DNA of 64,000 nt from Anthoceros angustus (GCA_010909165.1 MU008159.1:1860001-1924000), one strand, 5' to 3'; shown: positions 28,700 through 41,797, counted from the first letter of the stretch. Notes: generated by a model from the letters alone, not told the origin. Numbers and translations: made by a program.

Positions 28700-30780
28700 C
28701 GTTGCGCTATGCGGCAATACTCTCCACAAGTTGCGCCACGCCGCCATATGCGGCCATGCGCGGCGCCACTCAACACCCTCATCGCGTTGCCGCTCACGCC
28801 GCCACGCTGGTTGTTGCGGAGGACATGACGTAGTGGGTCGCCGGCGTTTGACTTCCGCTGGCGCCAAACATGCCGGTGGTCCGGAGGGTCCATGGTTCCT
28901 TCCCGTCACATGTGCGAAGATCACGTACGCGTGTCGCATAACATATTGGGTCCGATATGGTCCGCGTAACATAGTGGGCGGATAGTGCAAATGATGCGGT
29001 ATCCGCGCCCTCAGCATTGTGTCCGGCACACCAATACGGCGTTCGGGCAATTCATTGTGCCCCGCTTATTCAAATGCCCTTCTCATCCGATGTATGCCTG
29101 CATTGCGGGCATGCGCAGTCGACGGCTATGCATTTATATCGGTCGTAGTCGCGCCATGTTGCGGTCGGCTCATGAAGTCCATCCCATATTGCTTGCCATG
29201 AAATCCGTGACCATGGCCCATATTGGCTTGCCAACGCAGCCATCTGCCACTTCACATTTTTCGATGGCATGGTTGCCCCTTGGCCCTTCCCGCGCCTCAT
29301 GGCTCGGAGATTTGTCCTGGTCACTCCCACATCCGACCCCATCCGGCGAGGTCCTCCCGCCCTTACGGCCCGCTCCACGGACGGTAGTCGAGGCGAGCCT
29401 GCCCGCGCCATCGCCCGCACGGAGGCCCGAGCCCGGCGTGAGCACGGCAGCCCCCACCCCGCAGCCCGGCCCCACCACCACAAACCGGCCCCACCGCTCA
29501 ACCCACCCAACCAGCCCCAACCCGCCCCAACCCACCCCACCCAACAAACCAAAATGCCGACCGAACCAAAATGCCTAAAGCGCCGAAATTTATTGCATAC
29601 AATGCCTTACATTGGTGAAATGCATAGCATGCGAAAAAGGCAATTGCAGTTGAATGTGCAAGCGGGCGAGGTTGAATGTGCAATTGGACATGACGACGCC
29701 ATAGAACACAATGCACTTGCGGTTGAACGAGGATGACGTTGCGGCTGCTCTCCACAAGTTGCGCCGCGCCATCCGCCCATCCGCCACCGCACCACTCACA
29801 CCCTCGCCGCGTTGCCGCTCACGCCGCCACTTTGGTTGCGGAGGACATGACGTAGTGGGTCGCCGGCGTTTGACTTCCGCGCGGCGCGCCAAACATGCCG
29901 GTGGTATGCGGAGGGTCCATGGTTCCTTCCCGCGTCACATGTGCGAAGATCACGTACTGGCGTGTCGCACTAACATATTGGGTCCGATATGGTCCGCGTA
30001 ACATAGTGGGCGCGAGTGCAAATGATGCGGTATCAACTGCGCGCCTCGAGCATTGTGTCCGGACCGCACCAATACGGCGTTGAAGCAATTCATTGTGCCC
30101 CGGCTTATTCAAATGCCCTTCTCATCCGATGTCTATGGGCGCATTGCGAGGCATGCGCAGTCACGGCTATGCATTTATAAGGTATTTCGTAGTGCGCGCC
30201 ATGTGGTCCGGCTCGAAGTCCATCCCATATTGCTTGCCATGAAATCCGTGAGCATGGCCCATATTGGCCACGCCAGCATATCACTTCACATTTTTCGATG
30301 GCATGGTTGCCCCTTGGCCCTTCCGCGCCTCATGGCTCGGAGATTTGTCCTGGTCACTCCCACATCCGACCCCATCCGGCGAGGTCCTCCCGCCCTTACG
30401 GCCCGCTCCACGGACGGTAGTCGAGGCGAGCCTGCCCGCGCCATCGCCCGCACGGAGGCCCGAGCCCGGCGTGAGCACGGCAGCCCCCACCCCGCAGCCC
30501 GGCCCCACCACCACAAACCGGCCCCACCGCTCAACCCACCCAACCAGCCCCAACCCGCCCCAACCCACCCCACCCAACAAACCAAAATGCCGACCGAACC
30601 AAAATGCCTAAAGCGCGAAATTTGCATACAATGCCTTACATTGGTGAAATGCATAGCATGCGAAAAAGGCAATTGCAGTTGAATGTGCAAGCGGGCGAGG
30701 TTGAATGTGCAATTGGACATGACGACGCCATAGAACACAATGCACTTGCGGTTGAACGAGGATGACGTTGCGGCTGCCTC
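28700..30780. repeat. Tandem duplication, unit ~1.03 kb, with C-rich CCCAACC stretch
   Basis: The peptide SWLGDLSWSLPHPTPSGEVLPPLRPAPRTVVEASLP...KCRPNQNA ends at both 29578 and 30611. Confidence 0.9.
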
Positions 30781-30989
30781 GGCGCTCCCTCCTCGAATGA
30801 CAATGACAATAATGAAGGAGGTGCATATTCGTATATGAACACATGAACAATGGTCCCTTATGTCAAGACCAAGGCAAGCAATGCATTTGACCGGTGGCCC
30901 GATCAAGTTGGTTGCCTAACGCTCCCACTAGATCCCAAAGGTCAAGAGAGAAAGAAGGCATGGCGTATGGATGCCTTTCCATGCGGACA

Positions 30990-32400
30990 AACTTCTACAA
31001 TCGAAGAATGAATGGGTAGGGAAGCCACATATATAGACATGTTTACTGGTACCGTATGTCGAAGACCAAGGAAACAGTTAATCACGTGCCACCTCTCACC
31101 TGCTGGTAGGCACTATAGGTCTATTTAAAAACCTACTTGTCCTTGGCCTTCGAACAAATGATATGTATGTAGTAAACAACGTACTCGCCCTTTTCATTGG
31201 GTTATGTTGTTTATGTATTCTGTATATATATATTCGCAACCCTATATATCTGTCATGGTACCGTGCCTCACATGCATCACGATGCACATGGATTCATTGT
31301 GCCATGACACAGCATCTAGCTAGGCATGTTGACATACACCACATGCCAACCCAACCATACATCATGCATACACACCATGTGCATGCCATACATTCAATGC
31401 AAACCTCATCACATGCACCTCTGACCAAATCACATGGCATATGGCAAGTGGTATGACAACAATGTTCGCTAAAGTCGAAGACCAAGGAAACACGTCAGCA
31501 AGGGTTGGACCGAGGCTCCCAAAATGCGGATCCCACAAGACATAAGAGAGAAAGAAGACAAGACCTTGATCTGCTTGAACCTCTGCGGGCAAGTATGATG
31601 CGTTCCATGCGGACAAACTTCTACAATCGAATAATGAATGGGTAGGAAGCCACATATATAGACATGTTTCGTAGCGTATTGCCCAAGGAAGCAGGTTGAA
31701 TCACGTGCCACCTCACACCGAATGTCGAAACTTTGGGTTTATTTATTATCATACTTGTCCTTGGCCTTGAACAAATGATATGTATGCACTTAACAACGTG
31801 CTGCGCTTTTCCTTGGGTTATGGTGTTTAGGTTTTTATATAGATGCGATGACCTATGTGTCATAGTACCGTGCATATACATCACGATGCGAGATAGATGG
31901 ATTGCGCTATGACACGACATCTAGGTAGACATGTTCACGTGCATCCGATGCAACCATGCATCATGCATACATACCATGCATGCCATGTGGACCTTTTCCT
32001 TGGGTTATGGTGTTTAGGTTTTTCTATGTAGATCGATGACCTATATATGTGTCATAACGTGCCATATATACATCATGCGGATAGATGGATTGCGCTATGA
32101 CCAGATCTAGGTAGACATGTTCACGTGCATCCGATTGCAACCATGCATCATGCATACATACCATGTGCATGCCATGTGACCTTTTCCTTGGGTTATGGTG
32201 TTTAGGTTTTTCTATGTAGATCGATGACCTATATATGTGTCATAGGTGCATATATACATGCGATGCGGATAGATGGATTGCGCCGATCTAGGTAGACATG
32301 TTCACGCATCCGATTGCAACCATGCATCATGCATACATACCATGTGCATGCCATGTGCACCTTTTCCTTGGGTTATGATTTTAGGTTTTTGTATATAGAT
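30990..32400. repeat. Internal repeat family R, right copy (inverted relative to 18890-20100), ending in ~140-bp tandem subunits
   Basis: TGGTAGGCACTATAGGTCTATTTAAAAACCTACTTGTCCTTGGCCTTCGAACAAATGATAT (~31105) is the near reverse complement of ~19976-20031. CTTTTCCTTGGGTTATGGTGTTTAGGTTTT is repeated 3-4 times. Confidence 0.8.
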
Positions 32401-32679
32401 TTGCGACCTCTTTCCGGTGGGTAGGGGATATCAAAACCACACGCCCGGGAAGATGGATTGGTTGGAAATGAAAATTGGGAGGTTGTGTATGGCCTCAAAG
32501 TGAAAGGGTTTGATGCGGTGTGCGCTGCCCACGCCACCAAAGGGAGGGGTTAGTGAAATTAGTGGTGGGTGGCGATCTGCCGGTGCGGTTGGGTTTGGGC
32601 GGCGGTGCGCCATGATCGCCGGTCGCGTGCGGAGAAGGGATGGGAAGGGGCGGTTGCGGGTGGGCTGGAAGGAAACCGA

Positions 32680-35600
32680 GTGCGCATTACGTGCAAGGAA
32701 GGCGGCGGTGGTGGTGGGTGGAAAAGGGTGGGCCGCGCCCGTGCCGTGGAGGAGGATGAGGAACACAAGATCGTGGCGATGAGCGTGGCGGGCGGCCCAG
32801 TGGGTTGGTGTGTTCCCGGTTGCGCTTGAAGAGTGGAAGGTGGCCCAGTGAGTAGGTAGCCCATGCCGTAGATGACGCGCAAATCACGGTGCCGGATGCG
32901 CATGTTTGCGGTCTGGCGGCACGGCCTTGTGCGGGCGGCGTGGAAGGGGCGGAGGAATGGGAGATGCAAAGCTCGCGTACATTCTGCGTGGCCTATGGTT
33001 CCCATCAACTCGGAGGTCCGAGTTCTTGGCATTTGTGGAGGACCATCAAAGCCGTGTCTGCGCATAGAGGGCTATCCGAGAAACTTGCCGTCTGTCGACT
33101 GCCGTGAGGGGCGGGCCGGATGGAGTGGCGGTGGACAAATTACTGCGAGTGCCTACCGACGGTGGAGTGCCACATTTTCATGCACCAAGTGTTCGGCGGT
33201 TGGCGCCGTCGGATGGAAGAGGTGGAAAGGAGAGCTGCGGCTGGCGACCTTAGGATTGGTTTTCCAGTGCATCGAGTGCCGACCTTGTGGAGAGGTGGCC
33301 TATGAGGTATTATGAATTGGTTGATTTCGCGGTATGGAGAAATGGAATGGAATGAGAAGGCAGGGCGTTGTTCCGGGATATCAACCGTGACGGAGAACCA
33401 TGTTGAGTACTTGGCGAGGATGCGAGTGCAGGCGGTGGAAGCGAGAACCAAGTGCGCCGTGAAGGCACAAAATTGTAATCTTGGTTGCGGTTGGGAATGG
33501 CGTGATGGTGCGGAGCCGCGATGGTGAGCGGCGGCAAGTAAGGGTTCGGCGGCGGGCCTGCAGATGCTGCGGCAGTCACGTCCGGTGGTGCCGCTAAGTT
33601 GCGGATCGTTGTAAGGTGTGCGATGCGTGCGCGATTGCACATTCAATGTTTGCTGAAAATGCGGTGTGGCGAGAATCGCATGTGGCGCATGGCATCGCAA
33701 TTACACGCGCGCGGGCGGAAGGGTGCGGTGACTAACATCTTGGCATATACTGCGGCGCTGCAGACGGTCACGGGATGCGAATGGGCGGCGGCGTAAAGGC
33801 GGTGTCGGTGGGGATCTCGACGATCCGAGGCCGTGCAAGTATACCTATGATTCCGTGCACATTCAATGCCGCCATGATGGTGCGTTGAAGCGGGAGGCGA
33901 TGGAGGAGGAGTGCGGCGGCGGCGGCGCCGGAAGGAGCCATGGCGGCGGCGGAGGTGGGGAGGCCATGGACAACCCGTGGCGATCGTCCGAGCGGAAGGT
34001 GGAGTGGAAACTGCGGCGCGGTGGCGGATCAGCGGTGGCGCACCCACCTTGGGAGGCGTTTTGACGTCGATCTCGTGGAGGTGCACCTACAAGTGGAGAC
34101 AGGTGCTCGGCGTGCGCGATCGCATCTGTCGTCACCATGAATTCTCAAACCTCGCTATTGATTGCGGTGGATTGCACAGGTGTCTCCATTGCCCACGGCC
34201 ATGCTTGGTACGGCTTTCCGAAGGGGCGTCTGACTCGCCGCCCTGGCAGCGGCAGTGGCGGGGCTATGTGGCCTCCGGTCAGAAATGTAAGCATGGTCGG
34301 CGTCGAGCCTCACAACTCTTGTGTGTGCGATGGGTATGATCCATTCGAGTTTGCTGCGGCCACGGAGGCGTGGCGATGGGCCGCGTCGTCGCTGCGCGGC
34401 GATCCGAGGCGGCGAGGTGGATGGTGGGCGCCGGGCGGAGCAGCGGTCGGCGAAGTGGAGGAAGGCGCGGCCGGGTGGCGGTGGGTGGAAAAGGGCAACG
34501 CACCACGCCGCGCCCGTGGAGGAGGATGAGGAACACAAGATCGGCGATGAGCGAGGCGGCGGTGGGTTGGTGTGTTCCCTGGCGGTTGCGCTTGAAGAGT
34601 GGAAGGTGGCCCAGTGAGTAGGTAGCCCATGCCGTAGATGACCGCAAATCACGGTGCCGGATGCGCATGTTTGTCTCGGCGAGCACCTTGAGGGGGCGCG
34701 TGGAAGGGGCGGAGGAATGGGAGATGCAAAGCTCGCGCGAGTACATTCTGCGTGGCCTATGGTTCCCATCAACTATCGGGAGGTCCGAGTTCTTGGCATT
34801 TGTGGAGGACCATCAAAGCCGTGTCTGCGCATAGAGGGCTATCCAGAAACTTGCCGTCAGACGACCGCACCGAGGGATGACGGATGGAGTGGCGGTGGAC
34901 AAATCGCGAGTGCCTACCGACCGTGGAGTGCCACATTTTCATGCACCAAGTGTTCGGCGCCGGTCGGATGGAAGAGGTACCGGAAAGGAGAGCTGCCGAA
35001 GCTGACGACCTTAGGATTTGGTTTTCCCATGTGCACGCATCGAGTGCCACCGACCTTGTGGAGAGGTGGCCTATGAGGTATTATGAATTGGTTGATTTCG
35101 CGGTATGGAGAGAAATGGAATGGAATGAGAAGACGGAGCGTTGTTCCGGGATATCAACCGCGGAGAGAACCATGTTGAGTACTTGGCGAGGATGCGAGTG
35201 CGGGCGGGAAGCGTAACCAAGTGCCGCCGTGAAGGCACAAAATTGTAATGGTGGTTGCGGTTGGGAATGGCGTGATGGTGCGGAGCAGTGCCGATGGTGA
35301 ACGCCAAGCAGCAAGCGAGGGGCGGCGCTTCGCAGATGGTCGCAGACGGCCACGTCGAGGTGCAACCGCCGCTAAGCGGATCGTTGTAAGGTGTGCATGC
35401 GCGCGATTGCACATTCAATGTTTGCTGAAAATGCACGGTGAAACCGAATCGCATGTAGCTCGCATGGCATCGCACTGCACACGCACTTGACGGAAGGGTG
35501 CGGTGACGCATGCCGCATATGCTCGCAGCGCCATGGCGGCGGTGGAAGCGGCGGTGGAAGGGGCGGCGGCGTAAAGGCGGTGGGGATCTCACGATCCGAG

Positions 35601-38600
35601 GCCGCAAGTATACCTATGATTCCGTGCACATTCAATGCCCGCCATGATGGTGCTCAAACGGGAGGCGATGGAGGAGGAGGCGGCGGCGCACGGCGCCTGT
35701 GAAGGAGCCATGGCGACGAGGAGGGGAGGAGTGGGAGAGGCCATGGACAACCCGTGGCCGTCCGAACGGAAGGTGGAGTGGAAGTCACCGCGGTGGCGAT
35801 CAACCGCACCCACCTTGGGAGGGGCGTGGACGCCGATCTCGTGGAGGTGCACCTACAAGTGGAGACAGAGTGCTCGCCTGTGCGGCGTCGATCCGCGGTC
35901 GCCCATGAATTCTCAAACCTCGCTGATTGCGGTGGATTGCACAGCGGCGGTCTCCATTGCCCACGCCATGCTTGGGTACGGCTCAAGGAGGCGACAGCCC
36001 GCCCACAACGAGATGTGCACGGGGCTATGTGGCCTCCAGCAGAAATGTAAGGCGCGGCGCGGCGTCTCTGAGCCTCACAACTCTGTGTGTGCGTGGGTAT
36101 GATCCATTCGAGTTTGCCGCACGACGTGAGAGCGTGGCGTGGACGCGCGCCACCGCGCAGACGATCCGAGGCGGCGAGGTGGATGGTGGGCGCCCGGGCG
36201 GAGGAAGGCGCGGCGGAGGAAGGGGCGGCGGGCAGATGATGCGCCGGGCGGCGGTGGCGATCGTCCGAGCGGAAGGTGGCGGTGGAGTGGTCATCGGGCG
36301 GCGGTTTTGTTGTGGCCGTCCGGCCGCGCCGTCCTCGCCGGAAGGCGCTCCAAACGAGGATCGGCTGCGCGGGCGGAGGAGGCCGTGGAAGCGGCGGTGG
36401 CTCTGAAGCCGGGCGGCGGTGGAGCCGGTGTGGGAGTGGGAGAGTCCCGGCAAATCCACTCCACGACTCGCATGTGCGAGCGTACATGGCCAGGGAGAGG
36501 CGAGAAATGTGGCACGATGCTGGTCCGGGAAATGGGTACTCATGGTATTGGAGGTTCCGATTGTCCGCAATGCACAAAGATTTCATTTTATTTGTGGAGA
36601 GATTGTGGCCTGACCATTGAGGTCTGGGTTGGAGGTGGAGGCGAAGGTGCCTCGGTGGGCGGTATCATGCGCCTTGGGCACGGAATCTTTGGAGCAGCAA
36701 AGAATCGGCATGGCACGTTGGTGCCGTTGTGGATGCAATTCGCGAAGAGCCGGGATTGCAATGCGTGCTGACCATCGAGATAGGAACGCCGGTGTGACCA
36801 TGCTCGTGAGAAGTCAATGGAGGCTTCGTGGGAGTTTTGTGAGAAGGACGCCCGGCAATCACCGTCGTTCGAAAGTGGAGGAAAGCGGGTTGGATGGCAC
36901 CCTATGGTCGCAGTGGAGGGAATGATAGCGATGGATGTTACGCAATCGGAGAAGTGGAGTTGGAAGCTAGTGGTGAGGCGGTTGGGCGGAATGGGACCGG
37001 CGTCACATGTGCTGTGGACGGCCACAGCGGCATTGGAACATGATGAGGCTCGTTTGTCGGCGGTTGGGACATTGAGCATCCTCCCGAGTTGGATCAACAC
37101 AATTTTTGTGGGCGCGGTCATTGCCGTTCGTGTACAACAGACGGAGCATTTCATATGTTACATGGACTTGAATCGAGCGAAGAGGAGTATTCCAAACTGG
37201 AAGCATGTGACACGATTCATCGGGGCATGCCACACAATGGGGGTCGCAGGATACGCTCGATAGCTGGAAGATCCCATGCCTTTTGTTATGGGGCCGTCGT
37301 GGAACCCTGCGCATTGAGGTAAGGCGGCGAGTTCATCGTTTGCGGGTTTGCGGCGGCGGCGGAGGAGGAGTGGGAGAGGCGGCCGCCGCTAAGCTGCGGA
37401 TCGCTGTAAGGTGTGCATGCGCGCGATTGCACATTCAATGTTTGCTGAAAATGCACGGTGAAACCGAGAATCGCATGTGCCTCGCATGGCATCGCTGCAC
37501 ACGCACTTGACGGAAGGGTGCGGTGACGAACATGCCGCATATGCTCGCAGCTGGCGATGCGGATCGGGCGAGGGGCGGCGGCGTAAAGGCGGTCGCCGCT
37601 GGGGATCTCACGATCCGAGGCCGCAAGTATACCTATGATTCCGTGCACATTCAATGCCCGCCATGATGGTGCGTTGAAGCGGGAGGCGAAGGAGGAGGTG
37701 CGGCGGCGCCTGTGAAGGAGCCATGGCGAAGAGGGGAGGAGTGGAGAGGCCATGGACAACCCGTGGCCGTCCGAACGGAAGGTGGAGTCACGGGCGGTGG
37801 GGATCAACCGATTGGCGCACCCACCTTGGGAGGCGCGGACGCCGATCTCGTGGAGGTGCACCTACAAGTGGAGACAGAGGTGCCCGTGTGCGGGCCGCAT
37901 CCGCGGTCGCCCATGAATTCTCAAACCTCGCTATTGATTGCGGTGGATTGCACAGCGGCGGTCTCCATTGCCCACGCCATGCTTGGGTACGGCTCAAGGA
38001 GGCGACAGCCGCCCACAACGAGCGGCTGTGCACGAGCGGGGCTATGTGGCCTCAGCAGAAATGTTTTGCGCCGGTCGGTGAGCCTCACAACTCTTGTGCA
38101 GTATGATCCATTCGAGTTTGCTGCTACCGACAGAGAGCGTGGCGGACGCGGCGCCACGCGCAGGACGATCCGAGGCGGCGAGGTGGATGGTCGCGCCGGG
38201 CGGCGGCGGAGGAAGGGCGGCGGCGGAGGAAGGGCGGGCAGATGATGCGCCGCGGCGACGCAGCAATGTTCGCGCGGCCGACCGGAGGTTGCAGCGGGTG
38301 GTCATCGGGCGGCGGTGGCGCCGACTGCCCGGCGCGAACGCCGCCTCGCCGGAAGGCGCCAATGCGAACGACGATCGGCACATGCGCGGACGGCGGGGCG
38401 GAGGAGGCCGTGGAAGCGGCGGTGGCTCGCGAAGCCGGGCGGCGGCGGCGGAGGAGGAGTGGGAGAGTCCCGGCAAATCCACTCCACGACTCCGCATGTG
38501 CGAGCGTACATGGCATACCGGGAGGGCGAAATGTGGCACGATGCGGTCCGGGAAATGGGTACTCATGGTATTGGAGGTTCCGATTGTCCGCAATGCACAA

Positions 38601-39370
38601 AGATTTCATTTTCCCGTGGAGAGGATCGACAGGCCTACCATTGAGGTCTGGGTTGGAGGTGGAGTCAAGGTGCCTTTGGCATTGCGCACGCCTTGGGCAC
38701 GGAATGCCGGAACGCGCTAAAGAATCGGCATGGCACGTTGGTGCCGTTGTGGATGCAATTCGCGAAGAGCCGGGATTGCACCGCGTTCGACCATCGAGAT
38801 AGGAACGCCATGACCATGCTCGTGAGAAGTCAATGGAGGCTTCGTGGGAGTTTTCACAGAGAAGGACGCCTTTTTCGCAATCACCGCTGCTCAAAGTGGA
38901 GGAAAAGCAGTTGGATGGCACCCTATGGTCGCAGTGGAGGGAATGATAGCGATGGATGTTCTGCAATCGGAGAAGTGGAGTTGGAAGCTAGTGGTGAGGG
39001 CGGTTGGGCCGGAATGGGACCGGCGTCACATGTGCCTGTGGACTGGGCCACAAGCGGCAGTGGAACATGCAGTGAGGCTCGTTTGTCGGCAGGTGGGGAC
39101 ATTGAGCATCCTCCCCAGGGAGTTGGATCAACACAATTTTTTTGTGGGGCGCCGTTCATTGCCGTTCGTGTACAACAGGACGGAGCATTTCATATGTTAC
39201 TTGGACTTCGAAACGAACTAAGAGGGAGTATTCCAAAAACTGGAAGCATGTGACCTGATCATCAGGGCATGCCACACAATGGGGGTCGCACGGGATACGC
39301 CCTGATAGCTGGAAGATCCCATGCCTTTTGTTCGCACCGAGGACCGTCGTGGAACCCTGCGCATTGAGGT
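32680..39370. repeat. Two overlapping tandem duplications (~1.75 kb and ~2.03 kb units) of one decayed coding region
   Basis: GGAGGAGGATGAGGAACACAAGATC occurs at ~32749 and ~34519. GATCCATTCGAGTTTGC occurs at ~34339, 36101 and 38105. CCCGGCAAATCCACTCCACGACT occurs at ~36447 and ~38470. Confidence 0.88.
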
Positions 39371-39999
39371 AAGAGTTCTGCCCGGTTTGCGGGCGAACAA
39401 GAGTGAAGATAGGAGGCGGCCATCGCTAATTGTCGATGCTGCGTAAGCGGGGAAGTGTGTTTGCACGCGGCGAGCGGCCCATTCTAGATTGTTCACATAC
39501 GGACGGTGTGTTTGGTGCGTGCTGGTTTGGAAGTGTTCTGGAGTGCACTTGTTGCACTTCAAACAATGAATGAAATGCGGAACGAAAAGTAAACCGTGAT
39601 AGCTACGGGCGCTTTGCCGAACTTCTGCGGCATCTACCTCTGCAGATCACGCGGTGTGGAAACCCCGAAGCGCTTGAAGCTGGCGGACCGTCCGTGGAAC
39701 AAAAATCGGAGTGGGCATACGCTAACGGTGATCGATCCACTGTCTGAAACCCTTGGCTGGACATGCCATTACTCGGGCGGAAAGTGTTAGGAGGATCGAA
39801 ATCGGTGCCGTCACGAGAGGTGCATTTGGGGTTTGAAGCGGGAGGAAGGCGCATGGGCAGGAAAAGCGCTCCCACATGGAGTAGGCGCGAGGTCAGGAGG
39901 TGTTGAGGCCACCGAGTCTCCACTTGGCCATCACGTGGGGCAAAAGCGGCGGTGAAGGGTGCCCATGGGGCCGCAGCGCGGCCCGAGCAGGGGCGAAGG

Positions 40000-41300
40000 A
40001 GGAAGATGGTGGGCGGTCGCGGCCCAGCATCGAGGTCATGGCGGAAGCCCATCATCATGCGACGGTGAAAACTTGAGGCAATTCTCGTGCGAGGAGCCGT
40101 GGGGATGAGGGCTGGAAGGTGGAGATGAAGGGATGCATAGGAGCGGGGTCTTGCGCACCATAAGCGCACTGATTTGGCGGTGCGGCACACAGGGGAGACC
40201 ATTGAAAGGCCTACCAGCGGAGCTAGGCTGCGGCTTGAGCACGGTGACGAGGCTCTGCACGCCACTGCATGGCGCGGTGTATGGGAGGTTGTCCGTGGAG
40301 GAGGTGTGCCGATTGCCACGCACACACCCATCACCCGGCCGGCGTGAAAATCGATTCGTGCGAGGCGGGCTGGATGGAATCGAAATCCCAGGAGGCGTCA
40401 CAGGCTGATGCGGCCGGAGCACATGGCACGGCAGTCGGCGATGCGCATCCGCGCGTCGATACACCAATGCGACACCCATGTACATGTGGCATATGGATTG
40501 TAAGTGCGTGAGAGGGGGTATGCGATGTTCGCGGGTTCGCGTTCGAGGAAGAAGTGATTGCGGGAGTTGTGCAATCGGGCTGCATGGTTGCCTTGTCGCG
40601 ACTTATGACAAGATGTACCAATTCTACTTGAGTGCATGGGGCCATAGATGGGGCAACCCATTCGTCCACAGTTGGTCTTGGAGGATAAGCGAGGCGGCGA
40701 TTTTCAACGCCTATGTGGAAGCGGTGAGGAAGTTTGGGCATCGCGGATTCGGTCGGACTACAGCGAGCACAACCTAATAAGGCGGATATGAACCGGCGAG
40801 GCCAAGGGCACATGGAAGCAACTTCATCCGCGGCCCCTCTGTGCACAACCAGGTAAAAGGTAGGAGGTAGGTCTGCGTTTTCCTTATATGCGTGTGGTGA
40901 AGTCGATGAATGCGGGATTGTTGCAGAGGATTGAGCATTTATGGCGGTCCTTGGGAGAGAAGTGGGCGTTCCTCTACAAGGGGTACATGATGGATATGGT
41001 GAGGAGCAGCGAACTGGACATCACCAACCCCGCACATCCATTCCACCGCGTGACCTTCATGCCACGATGAGGCGGAGCTCGGCGTTGGAGGCGGTATGGA
41101 ATAGGCACGGGTGCGGAAGATCGGGCGGCAGCGAGACATTCCGGCCATGTGCACGCTGTCGCATTCAAGAAGAAGGTCGACTACAAGGGTGGGTGCACCA
41201 CCCGCATATGGGGTGAGGAGGGGCGATGGCGAGGAGTTCGATGTGGGTGGCCCTCGGTATGCACAAAGCGTGGCCCCGAGATGCCACCACTCGGTGACAT
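40000..41300 (+). pseudogene. DDE transposase, integrase-core (IS3/IS481-like eukaryotic type), spliced and frameshifted
   Basis: MYMWHMD (first Asp 40496-40498, then GTAAGT donor); YDKM...VHGAIDGATH; AIFNAYVEAVRKFG..RIRSDY (second Asp); FIRGPSVHNQ-intron(40853-40926)-RIEHLWRSL (Glu); then EAVWNRH. This matches the WHIDG..HGGIDG..RSD..SVHNQRIERLW consensus of this family. The 5' boundary is approximate. Confidence 0.88.
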
Positions 41301-41701
41301 AAATTCTGGTGAGCAAGCTGCACATCCATTTATTTTTTATGCAGTTCTGACATTGTGGAGGCGGGGAGGGCATCGCGCCATATGTGCGAGCAGAGGCCCG
41401 AATCGTATGGGCCCGCTGCATGGGTTGTCACGAGGAAGCTGCAGATGGCGAGGACAATGCATATGCAAAGGATTGCGGGACATGGACTTCCTCCGGACAT
41501 GTATCGGTGCACATGGCACTAACAACACTCTGCGAGTGCAGGAGCACGAGGGGCGCATTGCGAATACCTCCACCGGTGGGCGGGAAGCCACCGTGGGCGT
41601 GGGCCAGCCATCACCTGCTGCGGTCTATGGTGCACGAGGTGTGAGGCGTGTGGCCCAGTTGCGGCCCTTAGGAGTGAGCTAGGTGTGGGCTGAGAAAAGT
41701 G

Positions 41702-41797
41702 TTTGTCGCTCACCATGACACAAGTGACATTTGTCGCTCACCATGACACAGGGCGGTGACATTTGTCGCTCACCATGACACAGGAGGCGGTGACAAT
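41702..41797 (+). repeat. Three copies of TTTGTCGCTCACCATGACACA..GTGACA (~29-34 bp unit)
   Basis: Read directly; lies ~500 bp inside the right TIR. Confidence 0.92.

Noticed and set aside
15290-39253. Dozens of long overlapping ORFs (up to 407 aa) on both strands in the ORF track
   Set aside because: They are Arg/Pro/Ala/Gly-rich shadow frames expected in high-GC, frameshifted repeats. None is a coherent protein, so they are not listed as CDS.
40000-41300. Bacterial IS3/IS481 contamination or LTR-retrotransposon integrase
   Set aside because: GT-AG introns interrupt the catalytic core. There is no adjacent RT/RNase H or LTR, and the element has TIRs with a 6-bp TSD.
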